Shown piece by piece: positions 40,576 through 56,035 of a DNA stretch of 64,000 nt. Location: the NCBI RefSeq assembly GCF_006345805.1, contig NC_043000.1:47492001-47556000 (forward strand), written 5' to 3'. Each line of letters opens with the position of its first letter. The first letter of the stretch is position 1. The DNA comes from Octopus sinensis. Taxonomy: Eukaryota. The position numbers and the translations under genes were made by a program. Under the pieces are notes generated by a model. The model did no database searches. It saw only the letters and a program-made list of their open reading frames with translations, and was not told the origin of the DNA.

Positions 40576-41603
40576 GAGAAAAATTTTTCTCTGTGTGTAT
40601 TTCATACAAATTATGTGATGTTTACTAAATTTTATTCAAAAACCTGGCATCGTATTGAATGTAGGCCGAATACAGGGTTCTTGGTGACGTGGCTAACAAT
40701 AGCAGGTTTTCAGTCGCTACGTTGATTGGAACAACATATCTTTGGCATCACTAAGGACATGCAGATGTTGCACAAAGTGATAAAAATGCGAAAACAAATT
40801 TTTATTTACAAAGTATTTTCTTTCATTTATTTAGTAATGTTCATTTTTATTAAATGTTTAGTTTTACTGCAGTCCTTGTATTTATTTTTTTAATGAAGCA
40901 ATGAATCATATTTTGTTGAAATATTTTTCAGTATAATGCGTATTCAAATAACTCTACTTGAGACATTGTAAGTCGTCTTAAAAAACGTTGTTTTGGTGAT
41001 AGAGAGCTTTAACTCTTATCACTGCAGCAAGCTGGTATATAAACTAAACGTATCTGTAATATTCACCCACAGGTAAATATATGTATGTTTATATAAATAA
41101 ATATGCGTATGTCTACGTGTATATGACCATGTAAATATTCATTTTCTGCTTTTCTTTTAATTTCAATAACCTATATTTTTAAAACCGAATTCATTTATTT
41201 TACTTTTTTCTGTTTTAATGTATTAAATAATACATATTTTACGCTAAAACTACCTAAATTAAAACATTTTTTATAAGAATTTCTTTTGAATGTTTGTATG
41301 TGATAACTCAAACATATTTTCTCTTTTTCAATATTTTTGTTTATCGGCGAACTAAATTATAAATTATTTTTCCCGCTTTATAAAATATATTTCATCTCTT
41401 TGTAATAGAAAACTTACTTCTCACAAATTTCATGTTTACTAAGAAATAAGATTCGTAACAAATTTCCTTTTTTTTTTAAATTCTAAAATATCTTACTTTT
41501 TATACGTTTCATACAGATGTTTTTGTTTAGAAAACATCTTTTTGCTTGTTTCCTCCAGACAAAACCATATTTTACGTTTAATTCCTCTTATTACTTGTTA
41601 TCA

Positions 41604-41706
<103 letters not shown>

Positions 41707-42177
41707 TGTAAGTATGTATGTATATATATATATATATGTAAGTATGCATGTATGTATATATATATTAGTGATTTGAAAATCTTGTATGTCTCAATTAATT
41801 TTTACAGTGGTACGATTTTAGGAAATCCCACGTACGTTACACTTCATAGTTTATATCATATAATAGTCACCTTTTGGGTTTCTTCATCTATAAAGTAATT
41901 TCCCGAGTCAAAGAATGAGTCTTCATATGAACACTATTTGATTATGCGATCGCCTACATTACCTGTGAGAAACAGCAGCTACATCTGATCTCAATTCGCA
42001 TCCTATAATATTAATAAAAAAAAGTAGTAAGGCCATATTAAATAATGTACTCTTAGATATACAGCTTAATAAAAGATTAGATGGTCATGGCTAGAACCTC
42101 GTTTATCATTAGATTTGTTCAGTCAGAACTGATCTAGTATCAACCAGGTATTAGAACAGCATAAATTCATTCTTAAT

Positions 42178-42620
42178 AATATACTACCCGATGGCGGCGA
42201 ACTCGCAGAAACGTTAGCATGCCGGCTTAGAGAATTTTCGTCTGTCTGTACATTCTGAGTTTAAATTCCGCCGAGGCCGACTTTGCCTTTCGTTTTTTCA
42301 GATTCGATAAAATATAAGTGCCAGTTAAACACTGGGGTCGATCCAAGTGACTTACCCCCTCCTCTGAGCTAGCTGGCCTTGTGCCAAAATATACTACCCG
42401 TAAGGTGGCGAGCTGATAGAATCGTTAACATGCCGGGGAAAATGCATAGCAGTGTTTCCTCCGCTTTCACGTTCTATGTTCAAATTCTGCAGAGGTCGAC
42501 TTGCCTTTCATCCTTTCGAGATCGATAAAATAAGTACTGAACACTGGGATCACTGTAATCGGCTTATCCTTGCCCATCAACTGGCTGTTTTTCTGCCAAG
42601 ATCTTAAACCAATAATATAA
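42178..42620 (+). mobile_element. Two tandem family B SINEs
   Basis: Each is preceded by AATATACTACCCG (42178 and 42388), a TSD-like duplication. Confidence 0.7.
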
Positions 42621-45600
42621 TAGCCTGAAATGGTGGTTGGAAAATTTGTTACACTATGGGACAAAATTGTTTAAGATACCACTCTTTACGTTATGATTTC
42701 AAATCTTCTCGAAGTCAAATTTTTCCTGTCATCCTTCCAGGATCAATAGTATAATGAACCAGGGAATTAATTCAACCGACTATACATACAACTCACTAAA
42801 TTATGACCTTGTGTTAATATTTGAACTTAATTTGGTATCACCTTAGCTACGTTGTCTTAACAGCATTAAAGTCCTCCAAGCAAGTCAGCCGCTGGGCCCC
42901 GTAGTATTTATTTACTTGAGAGCTGACCATAGCATACATAGAACAGAATTGGGTCCCTACAAGCGTGCGTCTCATGTGCAACTGCTCAATGCTCCTATAT
43001 CTTAAGATAGCAATGACCATGACTGAATGGGTAATATTTCCTCCATAATCAAGGGGTTTTGGATTCGATCTCTCTTCGTAACATCTTGGCTGTCTTTTAT
43101 CGGTTCTTGAAATCTATTCAAGCCCTGTGAGTGAAACTGGAGGACAAAAAGGGATTAGATGCCTGTCGATTCTTTCTTTGTCACACATTGTTATACAGTG
43201 ACTCTCTACGAAATGCTACGTAAAGTACACCTGTCAGAGGAACATATAGTCTATTTATATGTTAATGAGTGGGTTGTCTTTTAGTTCAAACACTTGGAAC
43301 ACTTATCGTAAAAGCAACAGATATCCACTCAGTACGCTCAGTCTATTTGGCAAAACTGTTTCTCTGTACAAAACTAGTTTTGTACGAGTGGACAGAATTT
43401 TTAATAATTATATTTGAAAAGTGGTGAACAGGATAGAAGCATGTAGAAATTAGATTCCTCTTTCTGGATTTTCTAATTAAATTCTGCAAAATGATACTTT
43501 CCTTTTCATCTCTCTGCAACTGATGAAAAATAGCAGTTGAGTAATAAACTCGATTAAATCAACAACACATTCTCTCTAAATAAAGTTATTCTGGTATTGA
43601 ATTAAAACTAAACTCACAACAGTTTATATATCTGTAAAGAATGTAAACATCTCATAAGCCCTGGGGATACTGTTTTCGAAGACTGCTGCTCATTCTAAAT
43701 TTAGAGCATTAACCCATTAACTTCTAAATTTTTTTATTTATTTTTTTGGCTTTGCCAGGTGTCTTAGAAGTTAAAATAATATATAGTATTTGAATTTTCT
43801 TAATATGTGAATTATTTTGGAAATTATGATAAACTTTTCAAAAAGTCCTAAATGGGAATCGCGGAAATAAGGCATATGTATCCTTTTCTATTCAATTACA
43901 ATAATAAACATTTTAGTTATGTCTTGAAATTATAGCATCAAATGCGAATGTGTATGAAATATCAACGAATGATATAGATAGGAAATGCAAAAACAAAAAA
44001 GTTTTCAAAACAGTCAATATTTTTGTAGTTTAAAAATAGCGATTTATAACATGAAATGTCCTCTAGAATTAGCCAGAATTAATAATTACAAACGTTAACT
44101 ACTAAATATTGTTAAACACACCTCTGCAAATGCAATGTACATAAGCAATTCCCTTTAAATACAACGAACAACCGGCAGTGAGACTGTTTGTAGCAGATCC
44201 CCAAATGCGGCTCATGGCAGGCAATGGGTTCAGAAGATAAGATAGTGACGATCCCCAAGTAAATTGAACGCCAGACTACTGTAGCGCTTGTCATCAGATT
44301 TTGTCATCATAAATTTCACTGATGAAAGCGTTTCTTTTAGTCGCTTTTGTTTTGTATGTTTTTTTTTTACTTTTTCGAAATAGAAAAAATAAAGTACCAG
44401 TCACTTGTTGGGGTAAGCATAATCGGTTACTGCTTCCCACAAAAATTAATGTCATTTTATCTGCATCGATATCATTATTACATGAGATATTAATTACATG
44501 TAAAATTAGACTAGACTAAGGTGTACAGATGTAAATGTATTTCCAGAATAATTGAGGTAATCGTAAGCAATCGAAATTCAAATGCCATTTCCCTCAAAAA
44601 TGACAGCTAGTCTTCTCTCAGATTATAGAATATTGGCTTAAAATGGGACGATCACATTAGATAATCTAATCCTAGAAAGCCTTAAGGCAAGGATGGTTAA
44701 ATTTGGAATGATTTTGATCATAACACTGCTTAATCAGGGTTGATTTGGAGCTAAACAACCATTTCGACAATAACATTAATTCTCTTTCTTTCCACCTCTC
44801 TATCTCTCTTCCCCGCCTCACTCTCTCTTTAAGGAACATCAGAATAAGATGTTCATAGCGACAGATGAACTGGAGACTTGTTTTCATACTTTATTCACTT
44901 CTGGTCTCTCATCTTTGAAAGCTTCAACGAAATCAATGTTATCTTTGATATCTACAATGTTTTAGATCGTAGTTATTAGAAGACACTTCTTACTAATCTA
45001 TCCAGTCATAAGCTCCTTCCATCTCTTATTTCTTGGAGCATGAGTTCCTAATCCCATTCTTACGATAATGAACGTATCCAAAGTACAAAATTGACAAGCT
45101 AGAATCCTTCAGTTGAGCAACTTAATTATTTGGAACTTCAGTATTCCACAGGAGACTATTGATTCGCTTCTGGAAATTTTACAAAGGTGCATGGCTGGGC
45201 AAGGTTCTTTTTGTAGAGAATACCAGTGGTTGCTGATGCGCGTAAGCTACATCTCTACACATCAAAAACAGAAGAAAGGCCCAATACAGCTTGGCATAAT
45301 TTCGCCACAGGTGTTGCGGTTACAGCAGCAAAAATCTCCAAAGAATCTTATCGAACATACTAACAAATCTACCAATCCATGACCCAGGGCTAAATACCCT
45401 TGTAGTTGATTTATCGACCTGGAAAGATGAAAGCATAGCTGACCTCAGAAAGGTTTGAAGTGGAGCAAATTATATCCGATGCTCTAACGACTTTTTTTAA
45501 AAAAAGACACGTTTACATCACCTTTCCGTTCATAAAACATATACTATATATTTTCATTGTCGCTATACATATATCTCTCTTCTCACTTTGCCTTACTTTC

Positions 45601-46620
45601 TATATCTCTTACATTTCAGATTTCACACTAGATACGTTTCTTGATTATACTTCATCTGAGATGCGACACGCAGAAATATGTTTATGCAAATCATTTTTAA
45701 GATACAGACATCGATCTAGACATCATCGAACTCAACATCAACCACTTCAATCATGCTGCTCTAGGATAGCTTGCACATGTTACAATCATTGTCTTTTTTC
45801 CGTTGAATACCCTCTTTTTTTCTTTTCTTTAAATGGTCTAGACAGTGGCTTGTGGCCATGCTAATTTTTTAAATTTATTTATTCATTTATTTGTCGTTTT
45901 ACTGGTCAACTGTACTCAGATATTTTAGCATGCATCTACAGTGTCGCATTCTTGTATATGCTTATTTACCTAATATAGTCGTTTGAACTTGCGAGAAACA
46001 ACAGCTAAATTTTGCCTTAATTCACATTTGATTGAGATGATGATGTAGTCCAAGGAAAACAATTCCTAAAAATTCGATGGGAATGTCATGGTTTGAATGA
46101 CTGGGTTTTGCATTACTTACACCACTAACTTCTGTCAGCCAAGGCTGACCAGGTGCCTCTGCACACGAATCAACAGCATTGAACGGTGTCCTTTTGTAAA
46201 AAACTAGCTGTTGTTCATGTATGCAAGTCTCCTTTTATTACAATATCTATGTTTATCAAAGGGAAAAGCCGCTGCCTTGAGATGCAGATTAGCTCCAGTG
46301 TCGTCGCATTGAACCAGAGCAGATGCTGTAAGGTATCTCACCTTTGTTGTAATCGTTCCGCCAGCCCACTATCTTCGATTGGTATTTCTTTTATTAACCT
46401 GATAGGCAAATTTGAGCTCGACAGGAGCGCAGACTGTTAGAACAAACACTGCAAGGTATTCTAGCCATCGCTCTAACGAAAAAGCTATTTCATTACCTTA
46501 TCCTTGTGGGTGTTTTTCGCATTTTTTTCTTTTAATCAAGTGTACCTAGTTAAGTTCGATGAGAAAGTTTTATTTGAGGCAACCGATTTTTTATAGCTGG
46601 ATATGTCAATAAACAATCAA

Positions 46621-47012
46621 CGCAGGAGTGGCTGTGTGGTAAGTAGCTTGCTAACCAACCACATGGTTCTGGGTTCATTCCCACTGTGTGGCACCTTGGA
46701 CAAGTGTCTTCTACTATAGCCTCGCGCCGACCAACGCCTTGTGAGGGGATTTGGTAGATGGAAACTGAAAGAAACCCGTCGTATATATGTATATATGTAT
46801 GTGTGTGTATACGTTTGTGTGTCTGTGTTTGTCCCCTCAACACCGCTTGACAACCGATGCTGGTGTGTTTACGTCCCCGTAACTTGGCGGTTCGGCAAAA
46901 GAGACCGATAGAATAAGTACTAGGCTTACAAAGAATAAGTCCTGGGTTCGATTTGCTCGACTAAAGGCGGTGCTCCAGCATGGCCACAGTCAAATGAGTG
47001 AAACAAGTAAAA
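46621..47012 (+). mobile_element. Family A SINE, full length
   Basis: High similarity to 1723-2140. Confidence 0.85.
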
Positions 47013-47539
47013 AAGAAAAAGAGTAACTTCTTCAGCAATAACAATCACCTTGAATGATTTCATAGCTTGATACTTTAAATGCATAAAGTGATTAACTACC
47101 AGACATATCGGACTAAAATTATTGTGCTAATTGATCCAGATCTTTACGTTCTAGGTTCAAATTCCATCTCGTTCAATTTTACCTTTTATCCTTTCGAGGC
47201 CGATAAAATAAATGCCAGTCAAGTCTCGAATTCTTAATTTAATTGTGTAATCCCTCCCAACAAAGTTTTAGTCATATGTCTACCAAATAAATTATTAAGG
47301 ATGGTAGACTGGCAGAAACTTTAGAAGGCTGAACAAAATGCCACGCGGTATTTCTTCCGTCTCTTTAAATTCGGAGTTAAAATCCCAAATAAATTAACTT
47401 TGTCTCCTTACCTTTCGGGATCAATAAAATAAAGTGCCCCTCTAGAACTGGAGTCAATTTAATCGATTATAACTTTCCCGCTGATTTTATGGCGTTATAC
47501 CGATGGTGGGAACAATTATTTCATATATTTTATCTTTTA

Positions 47540-47890
47540 TCTTTTACTTGTTTCAGTCATTAGACTGCGTCCATGCCGGGGTACCGCATTGAAGTATTTT
47601 AATCGAATTTTTAAATTTGAAAGTTTAATATTTATTCTATCGGTCTCTTTTTTGCAGAACCGCTAAGTTACTGAGATGTAAAAAGACCAACACCGGTTGT
47701 GAAGCGGTAGTTAGGGTGGGGACGAACACAGACGGAAAAACTCAGATGCATATATATATATACATATATAACAGGCCTCTTTTGGTTTCCGTCTACCAAA
47801 TCCACTCGCCTGACTTTGGTCGGATTGAAGCTATAGTAAAAGACACTTTCCTGAGGTGCCATGCAGTGGGACTAAACTCGGAACCATGTA
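47540..47890 (-). mobile_element. Family A SINE, degenerate
   Basis: Similarity to other copies. Confidence 0.7.
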
Positions 47891-49630
47891 GGTCCGGATT
47901 GAGTCCCAATATTACTATCATTTCTCAAATCATCCAAACAGCAAAGAGTTTGAGAATTTGGGATTGATTTTCATGAGACTTTAAAAGAAAATTTTAAGTG
48001 AAGCAGATGGCAGTCCCAATTTGAACATGAATTTGTATATTCTATTACAAGAATTTAAGAGACAAGACGGGGTATTTCGATTGAATGATAGCGCCATGAA
48101 AATTTTATTCAATGACATCCAATAACTGCCCGTCAAATTATTTGAATGACGTCAGCAAAAAGGTAAACAATCGTGTTCGTTTGTAAACATCATGAAATAT
48201 TTAAAACACTAGTAGGTGTGATGACGCCTTGATAAATTTAACCAGTTATGTGTACGTAAAACTCTTTGGATGACGTAAACAAGAAGATAACCAATCATCT
48301 TTGTTTGTAAACATCATGTCATGTTTAAAACACATGAACACACACTCTTTTTCTTTATATCTTATTTTCCATCTACACACAACAATAATCGTATTGGTTT
48401 TATTCCATTTGGTTCGTTTCATTTGGATCTGACGTGTTCCAGTCCTATACAAATGACAATAAACAAACTGAATTTGATCAACGAAACATCTGATTTCTTT
48501 TTTTTAATCTTTTTCTTCACCTGGCTACGCCATTATCTTGCAACAGAAGATTGAAAATAGTTTCAACACATTTCGCAGAAATTTCCTTACAAGGATTATG
48601 ATAAATACGCTTGTGTATTGACTCTGATGTGCAAATTCTATGTCACGCTGTATTACTAGAATATATAGTAATACAGAAGTAATTGCAGATCCTTGTTCTG
48701 ATATGCGCAACGAAACTAACTGTGGTATGAAATGAACTTGCAACTATGCACTCAGTTTTCTAGCACTTTAATCACGACACCATTTTGACACAGCGGGTAC
48801 GACCGACCAATGTGAAAATTTCTCATCATGTAAACTTAATGGCGGTGGAGTGGAATAGCTATGTATTGGCAGAATCGTTAGAGCGTCAGAATAAATGCTT
48901 TGTATCATTCGTAAACCGACTCTTTGCGTACGAAGTTCAAGTCCAAACGAAATAAACTTTGCCTTTCATCCTTTCAAGCTCGATAAAATTTGTGCCTAAA
49001 TTAGAATCTATTTTCATTTAAGTTTCAGTGTTTATCGTCACTAGAGAATTAGAGGTCTCGTTGATTCCTGAATTTTATATATTCTCTATCAAATATTTCC
49101 AAATAAACGATTATCATTCACTTATAGTTTCCTTTTTGTATTCCAATCTAGTTCTTAGTTATTGATTTCTATCCTTTTACACCTTTTTATGGGAACTAAG
49201 TATATTTCGACTTCGTCTTCTTCACTACATTATCCATTTATACTTTTTACCATTTTGCTGGTATCTATCATTGATCTGTGATCGTGCTGGTGTATTGTCC
49301 AGTATATACGGTTAGTTTCAAGGATAGGAGATTAAAAAATGGGAGTTTCAAGGATAGGAACGGAAAGCAAACCCACTTTGTTGGTATTGAAGGCAGAACA
49401 TAAAGAGATGATAGACTTAATGTATAATAAGAAAAAATGCTGTAAGGTAAGATTAAATATTTATTCGTTCTATCATATCTATTAATTTCGCTGCTAACAA
49501 CCACTCTGCTTGATCCAAAGAGGAAGGCCACAAAGAAACCAATCGATCTTCTAGAAATAGTAGCCTAATCTCCTGAATATAACACCCTATTTTCATAATA
49601 TATAGATACATTGCGCCATGTGGTTCCACG

Positions 49631-49674
<44 letters not shown>

Positions 49675-49850
49675 TGTGCATGTGTACATATATAAATGTA
49701 TGTAGGTACGTCAATAATGGGATGGCCATTTCTGAAATGCTTTTAATCATAGATTTGCCCTCAGGTACATTGCCTGCTTGGTGTATTTTTATTAGTCATA
49801 TTTTTTTATATACAAACTGGGAGATGGATAAAATAGACATCAACACGCAT

Positions 49851-49934
<84 letters not shown>

Positions 49935-49985
49935 CATACACCCCCTACATATATATATATATAAGGATAGGTGTATATGTATGTA

Positions 49986-50033
<48 letters not shown>

Positions 50034-51254
50034 ATTCTATCCCGAGCTTTCTAAGCAATAACGGTTTTTCTTTTAGTTCGGAAAACATCTGAAAACATGA
50101 AAATAATAGAACTAAAAAGTACATTTTAACTTTGAAAAAAAAAAAAAACCTAATTAGCTTTGGTGAACAGTTGTTATTCATGGCGAAAATGTACATTTAT
50201 AAATATAGTGAGATCATGAAATATATACAGGATAATAAAAACATCAATTACGAAGCTAAACATTGCACTAAGATGTTACTTGTCAGTTAACGTGTTAGTG
50301 TTATTCTTCTTTTCCGTCTGAAGACATTAATCAATATTGTGCATCATAAACATTCTAAAGCAATAGCTTAAGTTAGTATCCCTTGTTGCATTATATATAT
50401 ATATACGCAAGCACACACACTCATACACACACCCATGCACGCACCTGGTACGGGAGTCTCTGAATATATGTATTTATGGGGGAATTTAATGCAGAGCTAA
50501 CCATTATTCACTATTAAATTTTCTTCAATCATGAAATCAGAAACAGATTCTATATTCAATGGTAATGTGGATCGAAGCGACTGAGAATTTTGATTTGAGA
50601 TTGAATACTAAAATGGTTAAGAAGTAATGATGTACCACACCAAATTTCTTTCTGTGCTAAGGTCTCTATCTTTACATTTTGAATACAAAACACGGTTGTG
50701 TAGATTCTCGCCTTTCGTCAATTCCACACACTGTAGTCATGCCCAACAAAATTGAGATTTTGTGTAATGTAAGGAAGCTGTCGAATCGTTTCAATTGTGG
50801 GGAATTTCTCCAACAAGCGGACAAAATAACTGTCATTACAAATGTGTAAGTTATAAACTTCACTAAAGTTGTATCGGCTACACATAAACGGCACTTTACC
50901 GCCGGCTCACTATGAGATGTACAAAGAGAATTATTTCAATGAATTTCTACTCAAAATAAACCTAGTTACGAATACGAAAAACTAGATGTTTAAACACTAC
51001 AGAGGTTCCCCGCAGAAATAGACGAGTGAAACGGGGTCAATATTGAAAACACAGCACAACATTTACAGAACACACGTGTATCAAATATAATAATTTCAAA
51101 CAAAAGAAAACATGCAACAGATACATAAATTTAACAGTTAAAAATTCAATTTGAGCAGTCATGATTACACCAATCACATTCACACAACGTACTACAGGGA
51201 AGCGGTACTGCACGCCATCACTGCTTCATCTCAAACAGAAAACTGCCATTGTGC

Positions 51255-51319
<65 letters not shown>

Positions 51320-51326
51320 CGTATAT

Positions 51327-51733
51327 GGAGTGGCTGTGTGGTAAGTAGCTTGCTTACCAACCATACGGTTCCGGGTACAGTCCCACTGCGGGGCAACTTC
51401 TGCAAGTGTTTTATGTTATAGCCTCGGGCCGACCAAAGCTTTGTGAGTGGATTTCGTAGACGGAACCTAAAAGAAGCTCGTCGTATGTGTGTGTGCGTGT
51501 GTGTTTGTGTGTGTGCATATGATTGTGTGCCTTTGTGTCGGTGTTTGCCCCACCACCACCATCGCTTGACAACCGGTGCTCGTGTGCTTACGTCCCCGTA
51601 ACTTAGCGGTTCGGCAACGAAACCGATAGATTAAGTACTAGGCTTACAAAGAATAAGACTTGGGTTTCGATTTGTCCGACTAAAAGCATTGCTCCAGCAT
51701 GGCCGCAGTCAAATGACTGAAACAAATAAAAGA
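51327..51733 (+). mobile_element. Family A SINE
   Basis: Similarity to 1723-2140. Confidence 0.8.
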
Positions 51734-52062
51734 ATATGTACAGAGAGAGACATATACATATAGAGATTGATATCTATGAATGTATGCATATGTGTATGAG
51801 TGCATAAATGTACGTCTATTTATATATTCACATACATACACAAACGTACATTTGTGCGATTATACACACACACACACACACACATATATATTAATACCGG
51901 CAGAAGAATTATTAATACAAGGCAATCTTGTTGTATTAATGGTGTCAATAGAAATATCATGTTATATATATATATACAAATATACAATAATTTTGATAGC
52001 TCTGATAGGTTTCCGCCAGTATAGGCCTAGGCCATGTCTAACTCAATAGCACCACCTAGTGA

Positions 52063-52129
<67 letters not shown>

Positions 52130-52177
52130 CGTATATATTATGTATGTATGTATGCCGGTAGATATATATATATATAT

Positions 52178-52209
<32 letters not shown>

Positions 52210-52942
52210 AATATATATATATATATATAAACTTCACTAAGGTTAAACGGAAGCAAAATGAAACTGCAGAAAACAAAATTTTACATTTTTGCATTAACAG
52301 TATCATTCCACACTCATTTTATTTCCACCACTGTGAAAAGACCACCAAAAATATTTCGATGGTTTTCTTCCCCACCAATAATCTGAACATTGATTTTTTT
52401 AACGTCTCGTTATTTAGAGTTTAGAAGAATATATCCTAAAAAATATATCAGGAAATATATATAATGTTAAAATTGCTACAGGGTCATACATATTCCCTAA
52501 GGCAATCGTTTAAATATTCATCATTAGAATTTAAATTATGAGTTCTCACGATCACTGCTATGAAGATGTCATTTTATTTTTCTCCAAATTAATCCATTAA
52601 ATTTAATGCTCAGGGTGAAAAATATTTATATCATTACTTTCTTCTTTTCTGAGTTATTTACGTGAAAAGTCGTGCTCCATTTTTTTTCTTGTTTTTTTAA
52701 CAATTTCATGCGTAAAAGCCTCGGACCTACAATGTTGTTCGTGCGTGTGCGTGTGTGTGTGACTGTGTGTGAGTGAGAGAGTACATGTGTTTGTATGTAT
52801 GTATGTATGTATGTATGCATGTATGTATAAATGTATGCTGTGTGCACATGTATATATATATACATATATCTATACACAGTAAAAATATAAAAATATACAA
52901 GGAGCAAAGATACTGAAGATTCAGTATACATATATACATATA

Positions 52943-53009
<67 letters not shown>

Positions 53010-53056
53010 CACCTATATGTATGTATATATATATATATTTATAAATATATATATAT

Positions 53057-53095
<39 letters not shown>

Positions 53096-53125
53096 TACAT
53101 ATATACATATATATACATATATATA

Positions 53126-54150
53126 TTGTGTCATCCCATAAATAATGCGGTTTTTTAAATTCTATTTTTCAAAATTAACATATACACAGTTTTATTTTAT
53201 CTAAAATATTCTCTCCTTCATTTTCTACAATGCTCTTCAATCTATCTGGTAGACTTGCAAGGCTCCTCTTCCGAAATTTCCTAATCTGTGACGAAAATAC
53301 TCCTCTAGTACTGTTCTGACTTCATCTACAGACTTCATATTTTTGCTGTCCAAATGATTTTCAAACCTGCGGAATAAATGATATTCAGATGGGGCGACGT
53401 CTGGTGTGTTGGGCATCGTTTCTCATTCAAATTGCTCGAGCACTTGGAATGTCATCTCCGATGTATGTGGCTGAGCATTATCCCGATGGAAGAACATCTT
53501 TCGTCTTGAAACCAAAGATTGTCGTTTTTCTTCTGGCGTTGACTTAAGCCCTCAAGCTGCTCGCAGTAGATCTTGGTTATCGTTTGGTCGGAGTTTAAAA
53601 GCTCAAAGTGGAGTAAACCTTTCATATCCCACCAAAGAGATGACAACACCTTACGTGAGTGAAGACCTTCTTTAGCCTGAGGTGCCAGTGTTTCTCCTTT
53701 CTCTACCCATTGTCTTCCGCGCTTGACATTTTTATAGAGAACCCATTTCTCCTCAACAGTCACTATTCGGTCAAAAGGATTCATTCGTTAGATATGACAG
53801 CAAAGAAGAGCACACATTTACTCTCTGCGTGTGACTAGGAACGGGAAGTTTGTGAGGAACCCATTGACCCAATTTGCTGATTTTTTTCCGATGGCACACA
53901 GGTGTCGGTGAATGGTTGACTGACCAAATCCAAGCTTATCCGCTAGTTCCGTGACAGTTACGATGTAATTTTGTTCCACCAGAATTTGCAGGACGTCCTC
54001 GTCGAGCTCTGCAGATCTTCCAGGACGAGGCTCGTCTTCTAGGCAGTAGTTTCCGTCTCGGAATTTCTGGAATGACCGTTGACACTGGCTTACACTTATT
54101 GCCCAGTCCCCATATATTGCATCAATATGCCTCGCATTTTCCGTTGCGTT
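53126..54150 (-). mobile_element. Decayed mariner transposon (different subfamily from 33135)
   Basis: DEPRPGR, WVPH, RIVTVEEKWVLY, RKVLSSLWWD..HFELL; terminus next to (TA)n; 5' end lost. Confidence 0.85.
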
Positions 54151-54820
54151 GTACAGTAGATATTTATATTTCAGCTTTCTATAAACAGAGAATATTTTAA
54201 TCTTAAAAAAAAATTTTTAAGTGAATTACATTGCAAAAATTTTGTGGCGTGCATATTCAAAAAATATCTTTAAATGAAAATGACTTCGAAAATACGGTAA
54301 ATATTTTGTAAAAGATCCGTTCGTAACCTCGGTGTGAAATTATATTTTTTCCATAGTTTTTTCGAGCGCATTCAACGTATCTCACTTCCAAAGATTTGGC
54401 TGCCATTTCTGGCACGCCCTGCCACCACATAACAGTTATTTGCGATAAAGGACTGAAACAGCTGCTATGTGGTATCAGGGAGTGCATGAAATAGCTGATG
54501 AACCTTTCCTTTTCTGGGGAAAGGAGCCGTTTACACGTGATTTCGATGTCACATTCGTTGAAAGTATGCGAAATAACCTGGAAAAAAACCCCAGAAAACC
54601 CACGAAATAAATTCCGTTGGTGGGAAACTCGGAGTTTCCAAGGATACTCCGAGGTCTCCACCACTCCGCTCCCCTTTCTGTTCCGAAAGAATGTGGCTTG
54701 CGGAGGGTTTGGAGGTGAGTTACGTTGAATGCACTCGAAAATACCCGTGGGAAGTACGAACAGGTCCTTTACAAAATATTTAACCAGGATCGGGACAGTC
54801 GTGCAAATACAAGGATCGAA

Positions 54821-54931
54821 TACACGTGTCTGTGGAGTGCTCAGCCACTTACACGTTAATTTCACGGGCAGGCTGTTCCGTTGATTCGGATCAACCGGAA
54901 CCCTCGTCGTCGTAACCGACGGAGTGCTTCC
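54821..54931 (+). mobile_element. 5'-truncated family C SINE tail
   Basis: Near-identical to 58326-58437. Confidence 0.8.
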
Positions 54932-55290
54932 ACTCCACAAGGATCGATGAGACTGGTAAAGCAAGGACTAAGCATCTGGCGGAACAGAGGGAAAGAGACA
55001 AAGCAAGAGACGCCATGAATCGGATGCTTATGTGAATAGAAACGGAATAAAGCAAATTTCACGTAAATTGGACCAAGGATTTTTTCGGATATCTTTATAA
55101 ATAACCAAACCGGCGTATAATGGGGGAAATGCTTTTAAAATAAAGTACCATTGAAATTTGAATACACACCGAATAACAGAATTTTCGCGTAAATCGGAAC
55201 ACGGATTCCCGGAGACAAGTGTTTTTTTCGGGTACCTTGAACCATTGGTGACCCATGAATATACATATGTATGTATGTATATATACATAT

Positions 55291-55335
<45 letters not shown>

Positions 55336-55565
55336 ATATGTATGCATGTGTATATATAAACATATATATATATATTATATATATATATATATATAAATGT
55401 ATGTATATATATGCATATATATATGTATATATGTATGCATGTGTATATATAAACATATATATATATATATGCATATATATACGTATGTATATATCTATAG
55501 GTGTATATATGTGTATGTATATATATATACATGCATATATATATATACATGTGAGTGTGTGTGTG

Positions 55566-55616
<51 letters not shown>

Positions 55617-55619
<3 letters not shown>

Positions 55620-56035
55620 AACTATTAATATCAAGTACCGATGCCGTAGTCTCATTTAGCGAGACTTAGAAATATTAATATTTCTATTTTTGAAAACCAG
55701 TGGATGTATTCCATTGAATTGAGGTAAATTATCCTTCGAACAGACGGTCAGTAGCGACGCCTGCTGGGTTCGGCAGCCCTACGTTGATAAGGGGAAAATA
55801 CCCTGAAACTAGTCTTTAGATGCCTACCCAACAAGGAAAAGCGGCTGACCTAGCCTGTTCGAAGGTTATAATGGGCATAGGTTCGTGTTTCACGTAACTC
55901 GCTAGAGGTGATTGCCTCTTGGAGTTAATCAACGGCAGCATTCGTCCTGTTTTTCTAGACTGCCATGTTAGCTTGGTGATAACTATCAATATCCAGTACC
56001 GCTACCGTAGCCCCCTTTAGAGAGACTTAGAAATA

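Noticed and set aside
44112-44294. 60-aa Cys-rich ORF resembling a small secreted peptide
   Set aside because: No convincing signal peptide or known cysteine pattern; the length is within chance expectation.
54490-54545. CTGATGA..GAAA candidate hammerhead
   Set aside because: The GAAA is sequestered in the CCTTTCC/GGAAAGG hairpin, and stems I and III cannot be formed.
54257-54964. 235-aa ORF on the minus strand
   Set aside because: It runs through an antisense SINE tail and has no recognisable motifs; likely a chance ORF.
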